Positions 13,479-26,804 of a stretch of 64,000 nucleotides of DNA are shown here, piece after piece. Below the pieces are notes generated by a model. That model worked only from the letters and a program-made list of their open reading frames with translations. It did not search any database and was not told where the DNA came from. The stretch is from contig OX597833.1 of assembly GCA_951406725.2 (NCBI GenBank), forward strand, positions 63,240,001 to 63,304,000, written 5' to 3'. The position numbers and the translations under genes were made by a program. Within the stretch, counting starts at the first letter, position 1; every line of letters starts with the position of its first letter. The DNA is from Octopus vulgaris (Eukaryota).

Positions 13479-13815
13479 CGGAGATGTACTCGCATAGCAA
13501 GTAATTTGATCTGAGATCGTGTGCTGAAACGAAAACAATTACAGCGTGAAAGGTGTTTATAAGCCATTTAAGAAACACACAAAAGCCGTTCGATTCACTT
13601 CAACATTTAAGTTTAATTTGTCAAAATATTTTCGTCGCTATAAGACCGCGACTGGTTCACTGACAAAAATCCGATGCAGCACGGATTTTTGTCAGTGAAC
13701 AGGTCGCGGTCTTAAAGCGACGAAAATATTTCGACAAATTAAACTTAAATGTTGAAGTGAATCGAACGGCTTTTGTGTGTTTCTTAAATGGCTTATAAAC
13801 ACCTTTCACGCTGTA

Positions 13816-13820
<5 letters not shown>
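13477..13820. mobile_element. (TA)n-flanked fold-back element with 139-bp arms and a variant hammerhead in each arm
   Basis: Arms 13535-13673 and 13682-13820 around an 8-nt loop, with few mismatches. Confidence 0.8.
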
Positions 13821-13899
<79 letters not shown>

Positions 13900-13901
<2 letters not shown>

Positions 13902-14015
13902 CACACATACATACATACATACATACATACATACATACATACATACATACACACATACATACACACATACATACATACATACATACACACATACATACAT
14001 ACATACATACACACA

Positions 14016-14047
<32 letters not shown>

Positions 14048-14506
14048 CACATACATACATACATACATACACACATACATACATACATACAGACACACAT
14101 ATACACATACATACATACACACATCCATACATCCATACACACATACATACATACATACAGACACACATACACACGTACATACATACATACACACATACAT
14201 ACATACATACAGACACACATACATACATACATACATACATACACACGTACACACATACATACATACATACACACATACATACATACACACATACATACAT
14301 ACATACATACATACACACTTACATACATACATACATACACACATACATACATACATAAATACATACATGCATACATACATACATACATACATGCATACAT
14401 ACACACATACATACATACATACACACATACACACATACATACACACATACATACACACTTACATACACACTTACATACATACATACATACATACATGCAT
14501 ACACAC

Positions 14507-14537
<31 letters not shown>

Positions 14538-14590
14538 CATACATACACACATACATATATACATACATGCATACATATATGCATACATAA
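13900..14590. repeat. (TACA)n microsatellite
   Basis: Read directly. Confidence 0.95.
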
Positions 14591-14671
14591 AAGCGAAAGA
14601 CTTTATGAGTTCGTTACTGACTGACTTAAATTTTACGAACAAGAATTCAAACAAAACTCGAAGGTGAAACC

Positions 14672-14702
<31 letters not shown>

Positions 14703-15277
14703 CACTTGTATATATACACATATAAGTATATGCAGGAGAACAGCAAGCAGACAGGCAGGCAGACAGGCAGGCAGACAGGCAGGCAGACAGACAAATATAG
14801 AGAGATAGACAGAGAAGGACGCATAGGTGAATATGGATATATAAATGCGGATACAGATAGCTAGAAAGATAGACAGATGGAGAGAAAATTTGACAGAGAT
14901 GCATAAATAGTCGGACAGATATGTGGCACTTCGTAAAAGGCATACTTATCACAATATTGTCTTTAAATAATCTGGTCCTTCTATGACGCGGATTATATAC
15001 TACCAAAGTCTAAGCCGTTAAGAACATTCTTATAATTATCTTTTCACCAGTTCCGCTATTTCTAAGACTTCTTAGTGACATTCGCAGATCTCTCTTTTCC
15101 CTTGCTCTTTCTCTCCTTTCTCCTCTCTCCCCTCTCTCCTCTCTCTCACTCTCTCTCTCTCCTTCTCTCTCTCTCTCTCCTCTCTCTCACTCTCTCTCTC
15201 TCCTTCTCTCTCTCTCTCTCCTCTTTCCTACAGTTCTGTTTGCAGTTATGTATGATGTGTGAGTTTGATCTGGATTC

Positions 15278-15351
<74 letters not shown>

Positions 15352-15421
15352 CGAAAGTTCTGTGTTAGAGTGAGTAGAGCATCTGTATATATTTGTGCGT
15401 GTGTTTATGTATGTGTGTGCG

Positions 15422-15452
<31 letters not shown>

Positions 15453-15463
15453 ATGTATACATG

Positions 15464-15506
<43 letters not shown>

Positions 15507-15638
15507 ATATATACATGTACATATATATATGTATATGTATACATATATATATCTAAGATATGAGGAATTATGTATATTATTTACATTATTTACATTATTT
15601 ACATTTGACGGATATTTGTCCTCATCTTGTTTGTTGTT

Positions 15639-15684
15639 AACACAACGTTTCGGCTAATATACCATTCAGGCTTCATCAGGTGTC
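15639..15684 (-). ncRNA. Minimal type I hammerhead motif (Penelope type)
   Basis: GACAC-CUGAUGA-A-GCCUGA...UUAGCC-GAAACGUU-GUGUU. Stem I is GACAC/GUGUU, stem II has one mismatch, and the palindrome AACGUU replaces stem III. Confidence 0.65.
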
Positions 15685-15731
15685 TTGGGGGAAATTTCGA
15701 ACCTGTGTTCTCATTCCTAAGGTACTTTTCG

Positions 15732-15770
<39 letters not shown>

Positions 15771-15897
15771 TTTGTGCGTGTTTATGTGTGTGTTTTTGTA
15801 TCTACGTTTATCTCTCTGGTTGTCAACCGGTGCTGGCGTGTTTACATCCCCGTGAATTAGCGATTCGTCCAAATAGACCGATAGAATGAATTCTAAC

Positions 15898-16598
15898 GTT
15901 TCTTATTCCTTTACTGCTCACGAGGGGCTAAACACAGAAGGGACAAATAAGGACAGACGAACGGATCAAGTTGATTACATCGACTCCAGTGCGTAACTGG
16001 TACTTATTTAATCGACCCCGAAAGGATGACAGGCAAAGTCGACCTCGGCGGAATTTGAACACAAAATGTAAAGACAGGCGAAATAAACCTAAGCATTTCG
16101 CCCGGTGTGCTAACGTTTCTGCCAGCTCGCCGCCTTTATATGATATATATTATTTTCTATTCTACGCACAAGGCCCGGAATTTCGGGGGAGGGGGCTAGT
16201 CGATTAGATCGAACCTAGTACGCAACTGGTACTTGATTTATCGATCCCGAGAGGATGAAAGGCAAAGTCGACCACGGCGAAATTTGAACACAGAATGCAA
16301 AGACAGACGAAATACTGCTGACAAAAACGTTTCTGCCAGCCCGCCGCCTTAAATATAATATATATTTCGAAATTACCCACAAGGGGCTAAACATAGAGAG
16401 GACAAACAAGGACAGACAAAGGGATCAAGTTGATTACATCGACTCCAGTGCGTAACTGGTACTTATTTAATCGACCCCGAAAGGATGAAAGGCAAAGTCG
16501 ACCTCGGCGAAATTTGAAACTCAGAACGTAACGGCAGACGAAATACTGCTAAGCATTATCGCCCGGCGTGCAAACGTTTCTGCCAGCTCGCCGCCTTA
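15898..16598 (-). mobile_element. Three tandem SINE family B copies
   Basis: Heads at about 16137, 16350 and 16597; two different 3' tails. Confidence 0.85.
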
Positions 16599-17025
16599 AA
16601 CATAATATAATATAGCATAATACAACTTAATGTAATGATAAAGACACCCAGAGCCAACGTGAATTGCATACATTTCCGAGAGTTCTGCTATCTTCTCGCG
16701 ATAAACGAAGTCGTATGCACATCGCAGCTTTTGTCTTCGATTCCTCGGGAATGCTCTGAAAGATATACACTGGAATGGTTTCTTTCAATCGCTTCTCCAA
16801 AACTCATGCCAAAATGCCAGTTCATTCCTGCAACTTATCTACAGAAGAAGAGGTAACACGCGTTTTCATTATCTTCTTCTTCTTCTTCTTCTTCTTCTTC
16901 TTCTTCTTCTTCTTCTTCTTCTTCTTCTTCTTCTTCTTCTTCTTCTTCTTCTTCTTCTTCCTCCTCCTCCTCCTCCTCCTCCCTCTGCCTTACCGAAGAC
17001 GGAGGTATTGTTTTTAGTCGTGTTT

Positions 17026-17056
<31 letters not shown>

Positions 17057-17057
17057 A

Positions 17058-17229
17058 TCTTTAGCACGCCGGGCGAAATGCTACGTTTTGAGTTCAAATT
17101 CCACCGGAGTTGGCGTCGCCTTTCGTCCTTTCGGGGTCGATAAAATAAGTACCAGTTACGCACTGGATTCGAAGTAATCGATTGGTCCCCTCCCTCGAAA
17201 TTTCAGGCTTTGTGCCTATAATAGAAAGG

Positions 17230-17271
<42 letters not shown>

Positions 17272-17284
17272 GTTGTTGTTGTTG

Positions 17285-17364
<80 letters not shown>

Positions 17365-17505
17365 GTTAAGGCGGCGAGCTGTTAGAATCGTTAGTACGCC
17401 AGACGAAATGCTTAACAGTATTTCGTTCCTCTTAAAGTTCTGAGATCAAATGCCGCCATGGTGGACTTTACCTTTCATCCTTTCGGGGTGATAAAATAAG
17501 TACCA
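17058..17505 (+). mobile_element. Two SINE family B copies separated by (ATT)n
   Basis: Core motif present twice. Confidence 0.75.
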
Positions 17506-18443
17506 TCATATGCAGTGCGACAGCTTGTAGAATCGTGAAAGCGCCGGACAAAATAATTTGCTGCACTTCTTCCCCCATTTTGCATGGATTCGAACCTTCG
17601 TTGAGCACTTTTTCAGCAGATTTACATGCCTGTCGTACGAATTGGTGTATTTGTGTGTATGTGTGTGTGGGCTTACGGGCCTCGTTCTCATTTGTGGCAA
17701 TAACCGATCTTAATAATCAGCTTTGTGCCAGATAGTAGGTAATTGTCTGATTAAACAATTATGCCCTTCCATACATGCCGTCTCTAAAGAACGTGGCTAA
17801 TCTATACATATAAATTTGACATGGGCGATTCTTTCTTGTCTTGGGATTCACGGTCAAACAGTTGGGTGGAATTGCACGAAAAATTACACAGATGTGTGGA
17901 ATGATCCGGTGGTGATTCTGGGCTTTGTATATTTTCATAGCTCCTATGATTACCGAGATAATCTACTATAATAATACTCTTGTGTTTATGAATGAGAAAG
18001 GAAGGGGTGATAGATGAATAAGAAAGGAAGGGGTGATGTCATACTTGGTAGTGGGATGATGAAAACTGAACACTGAAAATATAAATCAAACAACATTTCA
18101 ACTCTGTGTGAATACATGTGTGTGTATGTAAAAGGCGAGTATGTGAATATGTGTGTGCGAGTGTGTGCGTGTGTATGTGTGCTTGTGTGTGTGTGCGTGC
18201 GCGCGCGCAATGGAAGTGGGATGGTTCAACTTTGTTCGCTTAGTATTTGGGTTTAGTTTTTGATTTGGTTGAATTTTGGTAGTTTCTTTGTTGGTCAGTT
18301 GTTTCTGGCGTTTTGACAGAAAAAACTCATTCTAAAATTGTTTTTTAACGTAAGCGTGCCCCAAAAAGTCGAATGCTTACACAGAGCAGGTTTTACAGTC
18401 ACATCACCCAAACCGACCAGGTGAAACCAGACTTAACTGCTAG

Positions 18444-18525
<82 letters not shown>

Positions 18526-18568
18526 CATATATATATACATACATATATATATACATATATATATATAC

Positions 18569-18669
<101 letters not shown>

Positions 18670-18670
18670 T

Positions 18671-18850
18671 AAGGCGATGAGCTAGCGGAAGCGTTAACAC
18701 GCCAGACAAAATGCTCAGTGGCATTCCGTCCGTCTTGACGTTCTGAGTTCAAATTCCACCGAGGTCGATTCTACTCTTTTTCTTTACGGGGTCGATAAAA
18801 TAAGTACAAAGTGAACACTTGACGATGTAATAGACCAGTCCCCCTCCCCG
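18671..18850 (+). mobile_element. Diverged SINE family B copy
   Basis: aaggcgatgagctagcggaagcgttaacacgcc...gggtcgataaaataagtac. Confidence 0.7.
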
Positions 18851-18949
18851 GCACAACACACACATACACACACACATACATACAATCAGAAATATAAATG
18901 ACACGAAGAGAATACCATTTATGCTTGTGTGTGTGTTGTTGTTGTTGTT

Positions 18950-19140
18950 AAGCAACAAGACGGGTAAGGGTGATTAGGTGATGGTCTAGGGTTTAGGGGC
19001 GGGAGACCCCAGACCTTGGAAAAAAACAACTTTGGTCGTCTTGTTGTAGTCGAGGGCTCTTCGTTGACGCCCAACACCACTGGGAGGTGGCCCTCGAAGT
19101 CGCTGGAAATGGAGATCTCCAGGTCCAAATTCATGGACGG
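18950..19140 (-). mobile_element. 190-bp structured interspersed repeat with (AAC)n tail, copy 1
   Basis: Highly similar copy at 61476-61665; multiple internal stems. Confidence 0.75.
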
Positions 19141-19482
19141 TTGATTGTGTGTGTGAGCTTGTGAGCTTGTAGGTGTATATATATATATGTGAATCAGTGT
19201 GTGTATGTGTGTGTGTGTTTGTGTGTTCATATATGTGTGTGTGTGTTTATGTCTGTGTGTTCCTTTATCAGGAAACGAATCAGACGACGTCGGGATGTAT
19301 ATTACATAGGTGAAGCAATTTGATATCGTTTGATATCTGATAACGTTGCTATACGATATCATTGTATCAACTTATCTGTGCTTTGGCGACATTTTTCTTT
19401 TAGGTATTCATTTCATATAATTGGCATTTTTGAATTTGCATTTCCTTCTCTTTTGCACTGCCACTTATACATTATCTCTCCC

Positions 19483-19515
<33 letters not shown>

Positions 19516-19580
19516 ATATCTATTTGTCTTTCCTCCACCTTCTCTCTTTCGCTTTCCCTCTCTCTGGATATATGTATGTG

Positions 19581-19737
<157 letters not shown>

Positions 19738-20218
19738 AAGCGTGTATGTATGTATATTGTGAATGTCAAGATGATTGGGACCTCAAAGTAAATTTATTAC
19801 AGAATGAGCTTCTATGCAGTTTCCGCCAGCCAATTTTACTCACGTGGCATTTGTTGGTCTTGGGGGCTATAGCAGAAGACACTTGCCCGTGGTCCCACAC
19901 ATTGACACTGGACACGAAACCACGCAGCCATGCATCTCCATATGTGTGTGTGTGTGTGTGTGCTGTGTGTGTGTTGTGGGTATGTGCTGTGTGTGTGCTA
20001 TGTGTATGTGTGATGTGTGTGTGGGTGCGCTGTGTGTGTGTGCGTGTATATATATTTAAACTGAAGCGCAAAAGAAACGTGAGACGTGTGGGAGTGTGAA
20101 ATATGGGAACGTTGGTATTCATCTGCAGTTTGGAGTTATGTATGTATGTATGTATGTATGTATGTATGTATGTATGTATGTATGTATGTATGTGTGTGTA
20201 TGTGTGTGTGTATATATA

Positions 20219-20372
20219 TCATCATCATTGTTCGACCGTGGTCGAGACAATAGAATTTACTATGCTACGCCAGACTTCACGGTCCATCATGGCATTACGG
20301 AGGTCCTGGTGCTGGATGCCTGTATCCCTGGAGATTACATCAGGGTAGGAGAGTGTGCGCCCCCTGCTATTG
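20219..20372 (-). pseudogene. 3' end of an RTE/RTE-X-like LINE ORF
   Basis: Translates to RGRTLSYPDVISRDTGIQHQDLRNAMMDREVWRSIV followed by a (TGA)n tail. Confidence 0.72.
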
Positions 20373-20438
20373 CGAGTAGATGGCATATAACTAAACTACA
20401 CATGTTCTGTTGGCGAACTCCATTTTGGAGTTTTATAA

Positions 20439-20494
<56 letters not shown>

Positions 20495-20638
20495 AAACGA
20501 ATCTGAAAATACAGGGATCTTTTAAAAGTATTCATTAACTTAACCGGTTTCACTTATTTAAAAAATTTTCGAGAGTAAAGTGTTACGTTTTGTGTATATT
20601 CTGTAGGGTCAAAAATTAGCTCACAAAAATCTATTAAA

Positions 20639-20986
20639 ATCAAGCGATAGAGTCTTTGACAATGATCAGAAAAGGCTTCAAGCTTTGTGTATCCTCCGTG
20701 GCGAGTCAAAAAATAGTTTACATAAAAACATTCAGATCAGAAAATAAAAATATTTCTTATAATGGTAAGAAGATGAAAACTAGTTTGCATGAATATATCT
20801 CGATCAAGCAATAGAGTCTTTGACAAGAAGATAAAAGATGCTATCCTTCGCGACGAGTCAAGAAATAGTTTACATAAAAACATTCAGAGCAGACGATAAA
20901 ATCTTTTATAATGATAAGTAGATGAAAAATTAGCTTACATGAAAATATCCCGATCAAGGAATAGTGTCTTTGACAAGAAGATAAAA
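20639..20986. repeat. About 150-165-bp tandem repeat, 2.2 copies, inside a TA-flanked element
   Basis: ATCAAGnnATAGnGTCTTTGACAA recurs at about 20639, 20803 and 20953. Confidence 0.8.
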
Positions 20987-21310
20987 CGATAAAATATCAT
21001 AAAATCATAGCATGTGTAACTGACCATTTAAAGTTCTCGGATGTGGCTTTTAAGAGTCTTGCATCTGGCTGGAGTTTGGCAGTTATAAAAGAGTTAGATA
21101 TATATATATAACTACACGCGTTTTGTTGGCGATTTTTCTCTCTTCTTTGAACTTTTTCTTTTCTCCTTTCCGATAAAGAGCTAGGTTCGAAACATCAAAG
21201 ACTTTCTCTTTTTACTGAGCGTCAAACAAATACATTCCTTGTGCACATCCTCTTGTTGTCTGTTATTGTTAATTATATTTTTGTTTATTTGAATTCACTA
21301 TACATACATA

Positions 21311-21400
<90 letters not shown>

Positions 21401-21514
21401 CATACATATATTTATATACATACATACATATATACATACATATATATATATATATATATACATATATATACATACACACACATATATATACATACATAAT
21501 ATATATACATATAC

Positions 21515-21571
<57 letters not shown>

Positions 21572-21603
21572 GTATAAGGTATATATATAAAGTATATATA
21601 TAT

Positions 21604-22099
21604 AAAGTATAAGGTGTGTTATGAGCATTTATAGAACACGTGTCTTATAGAAACTCAACAAACAATTAAAAATGGAGAAGGGAAGGTGTTAGAAGTTTAA
21701 AAAGAATTTAATCCATGCATACGATCGTTTCGAACGGTAATATTAACATGTAAATAACATGGTAGAAAAAGGTTAGAAATTAATCATATATATATATATA
21801 TATATATGATTAATTTCTAACCTTTTCTACCATGTTATTTACATGTTAATATTACCGTTCGAAACGATCGTATGCATGGATTAAATTCTTTTTAAACTTC
21901 TAACACCTTCCCTTCTCCATCTTTAATTGTTTGTTGAGTTTCTATAAGACACGTGTTCTATAAATGCTCATAACACACCTTATACTTTTTCGAAAAAATC
22001 CTTACAAGAGTAAGCTACCAATTTAATATGAAGAATCTTTATTAGAAATCTATCTTTGAAACCCCCAAAGTAAAAGATGAAATAGAATTCAACCTTTTC

Positions 22100-22100
<1 letters not shown>
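21604..22100. mobile_element. Fold-back element with a 385-bp near-perfect palindrome (21604-21988) centred on (TA)n
   Basis: Arms compared by eye; both carry the hammerhead 3' half GAAACGATCGTA. Confidence 0.8.
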
Positions 22101-22130
<30 letters not shown>

Positions 22131-22393
22131 CATACATACATACATACATACATACATACATACATACATACATACACACATACATACATACATACATACA
22201 TACATACATACATACATACATACATACTGTATGTATGTATGTATGTAAAAAAAAAACAAGGTAAAACTTTTTATTTTTCATTCCCTTCGAAATTGCGCTT
22301 AAATGTGGTTTTGGTCGTTTTGACTGCTCCTTCTTGCATATATGGCTGCCTGTTAAGGGTCGCCTCTTTTTGTGCTTCAATGTACAGTAATTT

Positions 22394-22440
<47 letters not shown>

Positions 22441-22634
22441 AGTTAAAGTTAATCCAAACATGAAAACACAAAGAGAAAACACAACAACGCGAGGACGTGG
22501 AACAAGTATAGTGTTATTGGACACTCTGGAAAGGAAGGAAAGCGGAGCTCTTTGTCAGAAACATATAAAAAGGAAAGATCCAAGGAGAGGAAGACGGGGG
22601 AAAAAAATCGCCAACGATACACACGCGGTCACAT

Positions 22635-22699
<65 letters not shown>

Positions 22700-23059
22700 A
22701 TGAGACAGAGAGATATAGAAAGGGAGAGAGTGAGGGGTCAGCTGACACCGTTAAAATCGTGTCTTATTCAATCTTTGACCATCATCTTCATAAAAAATTG
22801 CAAAAGGTTGTTATATTTATTACGCTTTCTATATTAGTATTACGTTACAATATGGCCGTGCGGTTCTTAGGTTATGTTACGTTAGGAAAATTCATGTTTG
22901 TCTATTTATTTGGTTATGCTGCTGCTGTTGTTGTTGTTGTTGTTGTTGTTTTCGTTGTATCCTTTTAATGTTATCGTCTTACTAAACACACTGCTGACAT
23001 TAACATCCGACATGTTCGTTTATCGGTCTCTTTGAGCATTTTTTACTATTGATTATCTC

Positions 23060-23103
<44 letters not shown>

Positions 23104-23132
23104 TAATAATAATGATAATAATAATAATAATG

Positions 23133-23163
<31 letters not shown>

Positions 23164-23364
23164 TAATAATAATAATAATGATAATAATAATAATAATAAT
23201 AATAATGATGATAATAATAATAATAATAATAACAATATCAATGATGATGATGATAATGATACTACTACTACTACAATATGGAGACATACTCACATATGTG
23301 TATACAGTATATATATTGATATCTTTACATTATGCATACTTATATATATCTATATATGTATGCT

Positions 23365-23452
<88 letters not shown>

Positions 23453-23549
23453 TATATGGATATTTATGTATACACACACATACATGCATGTATAAATACA
23501 TATACTTATATGTATATATATATATACATATGTGTGAGTATATATATAC

Positions 23550-23604
<55 letters not shown>

Positions 23605-24184
23605 GTAATGGCTGGTTCGCTCATTTCCATAATGTCCGCCGTAAGTAGAGTAACTCGATACGACCGACCATTTTGCCGTTTCCTCAGTGGACGCACTAAT
23701 TCTTTGACCGAACCAAGAAAGAAAGTAAAAAAAAAAAAAATGAAAATTATACATTGCCTGCTATGAACCCATTCACGTGTTATGTAAGCGTGTGTGTAAT
23801 GTAGTTTAGCGTCGTATATATATGAATATATATGTATATATATATATATGAATATATATGCATGTATATCTGTATATATGTATATGTACACACACAAACA
23901 CACACACATACATACATAAATATGGGGTAGATGAATACGTTAATTTATTGCCATGTAAATGAGCGTGTGCGCATGTGCGTTCGTGTTCGTAATAGTGTGA
24001 GAGATACGAGTTTCTATATGTGATTACGAATATGTATATGCAACTATGTATTTGTACGTCAGTGTACCTCTGTGTGTTTAGTTGCATTGTGGCCGAATGG
24101 TTAAGGAGATCGCTTCACAAACGTGGACCCCGTTTTCAACCCCATGCTGGGCATCTTGGCTAAATGACATTTTCTTTTACCAAT

Positions 24185-24347
24185 AGGCACATGAGTGGCT
24201 ATGTGGTAAGTAGCTTGCTTACCAGCCACATGGTTCCGGGTTCAGTCCCACTGTGTGACACATTGGACAAATATCTTCTGCTATAGCCTCAGGCCGATCA
24301 AAGCCTTGTGAGTGGATTGTGTAGACGGAAACTGAAAGAAGTCCGTC

Positions 24348-24387
<40 letters not shown>

Positions 24388-24545
24388 ATTATTATTATTA
24401 TTATATGTAGAAAAATACAAACTGGGACAAGAACGTAAAACATTTAGAAGACGATACAAAAAACACGGACATTCGAAGCCTTCAATCTTCAGTCAAGAAC
24501 CGGATCATCCTAGCAATTTCGGCTGATTAATCTTGAGATCGCTCC

Positions 24546-24589
<44 letters not shown>

Positions 24590-24782
24590 GTCCTGTACTC
24601 CATTTTTTGTTGTTTTTTAAAAAAAATGTCCAGTTCCTTTGGTTTGTGTCTATGTTTTCGTTTCTCATTGTGTTCGACGTCCCTTTGGTGTCCTGTACTC
24701 ATATATGCGTGTATATGTACATGTAGAGGTAGGTACGTACATATATATTTATATATATGCATATGTTTTATTTCATTTATTA

Positions 24783-24833
<51 letters not shown>

Positions 24834-24960
24834 TGTGTCTGTGTTTGTCCTCCCACCAACATCGCTTGATATCCGATGCTGGTGTGTTTACGTCCCACGT
24901 AAATTAGAGGTTCGGCAAACGAGACCGTTAGAATAAGTACTAGGCTTACAATGAATAAGT
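24185..24960 (+). mobile_element. SINE family C split by two insertions in its internal (TA)n
   Basis: Head 24185-24350 and tail 24800-24960; inserts at about 24400-24546 and 24586-24785. Confidence 0.75.
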
Positions 24961-24987
24961 TCTAAAACCACCACCACCACCACCATT

Positions 24988-25022
<35 letters not shown>

Positions 25023-25023
25023 T

Positions 25024-25064
<41 letters not shown>

Positions 25065-25404
25065 AATCATTATTGTGGTGGTTATTGCTGTTTTAGTCAC
25101 TGAGCAATAGATCTATGATCAAGGACAATCCATCCGTTACCACCTCAACATTTTCTTTTCAGTCACTATGTATCTAGGACTTCCCTGCACAATACATCAC
25201 TTTTATAAAGCGATAGCGTGTAACTGTAAAATATTTAACTGCTGTTTCTAGCGTGTCAAGCTGATTTGGAGAGGACGGTCAGTTAAACAATCCATATTGT
25301 GACAGTGGGAACCTCTTTGCGGTCGTTCGGTCTGTCCGAAATAGCAGCGAAATATCCTTTAAATTACACATTGTTATCTTGAAACAATAAATGCAGGCGC
25401 GTAC

Positions 25405-26195
25405 TACTAACAGCAGCAGCAGTAGCAGCAGCAGTAGTAGCAGTAGTAGTAGCAGTAGTAGCAGTAGTAGTAGCAGTAGTAGTAGCAGCAGTAACAGCAG
25501 TGACAGTAGTAATAGTAGCAGAAGAAAACGAAGAAAACGAAGAGGAAGTAGTAGTTGTTACAGAGGAAACAACGGCGAGGAAGAAGAGGAAGAAAGAGCC
25601 GTAGTAGCAGTAGTAGTAGTAGTTGTTGTTGTAGTAATAGTAGTAGTAGTAGTAATAGTAGTAGTAGTAATAGTAGTAGTAGTAGTAGTAATAGTAGTAG
25701 TAGTAGTAGTAATAGTAGTAGTTGTAATAGTAGTAGTAATTGTAGTACTAATAGTAGTAGTAATAGTAGAAGTATTAGTTGTAGTAGTAGTAGTAATAGT
25801 AGTAGTAGTAGTAATGGTAATAGTAATAGTTGTAGTAGTAGTAGATGATGATGAGAAGAATGATAAAGATGAAGTCGAACAAGAAGAACAAGAATGTGGT
25901 TGTTACAAAGAAGAGGAGGAAAAGGAGGAGGATGAGGATGGAGAATTAGAAGCAGTAGTTGTAGAAGACACACGACAATGATGATGATGATGATGATGAG
26001 GAGGAGGAGTAGGAGGAGGCGGAGGAAGAGGATGAAGATGCTGCTGCTGCCGTTGATGACGTTGATTAAGAGGATAGTGATGGTGGTGATAATGATAGTG
26101 ATGATCATGATGACGACGACGATGATGAAGATGAGGATGATGATGATGATGATGATGATTGCAATGATGACGATGATGATGACAATGATGATGGC
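25405..26195. repeat. Compound (AGT/AGC/GAT)n trinucleotide region
   Basis: Read directly. Confidence 0.9.
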
Positions 26196-26804
26196 GAAGG
26201 ATAATCTAGATGAAAGCGTCAACGCTAAATACAATAACCTGTCCTTCCCTCTCTCCCTCCTTCCCTTCCTCCCCCGTCCTTCCTTCCTGCCTTCCTTGCC
26301 CACCCCATCCCACTCTGATCACTTAGTCCTTCCAATCTATTGATTAATTCCATATCAATAGTTCAAAGCCATCCACCCATCCATCCGTTTACCCACCCAT
26401 TCCTCCCCCCAACCTCCATTTCTTTTTACCCAATTAAAAATCCCAGACGATTGAATTAAGAGTGAAGTAATCTTTAATTGTTTTACTGAAAATTAATTAT
26501 CGATTTTCTTTTATTTTTTAAAATTAATTCTTTGTTTTTTTTTTGTTTTTTTTCTTTTCATCCCTTTATATGTCCATGTTTTGGGGCCCAGATAGAAAGA
26601 GCTACAGACGGTTCGCTTAAGACCAGTGTTATCTTAAGGAACGAGCACACTAAGCCGTTTGCCCGGGGGCCTCACAGGTCTAAGGACCCAGTTCGGATCT
26701 GTGTATGAATACTACAACCCCTAATGCGTTGATTTGTCCGGGACCCTCTCGATTTTAAGGGACCTGGATTTGTATATGCTGTGGATTGCTGTCAATAAAT
26801 AGAT

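Noticed and set aside
24455-24546. GAAA...CUGAAGA arrangement suggesting a type II hammerhead (also near 52320-52370 and 56530-56610)
   Set aside because: Could not build consistent stems I-III, and the core is not conserved among the copies.
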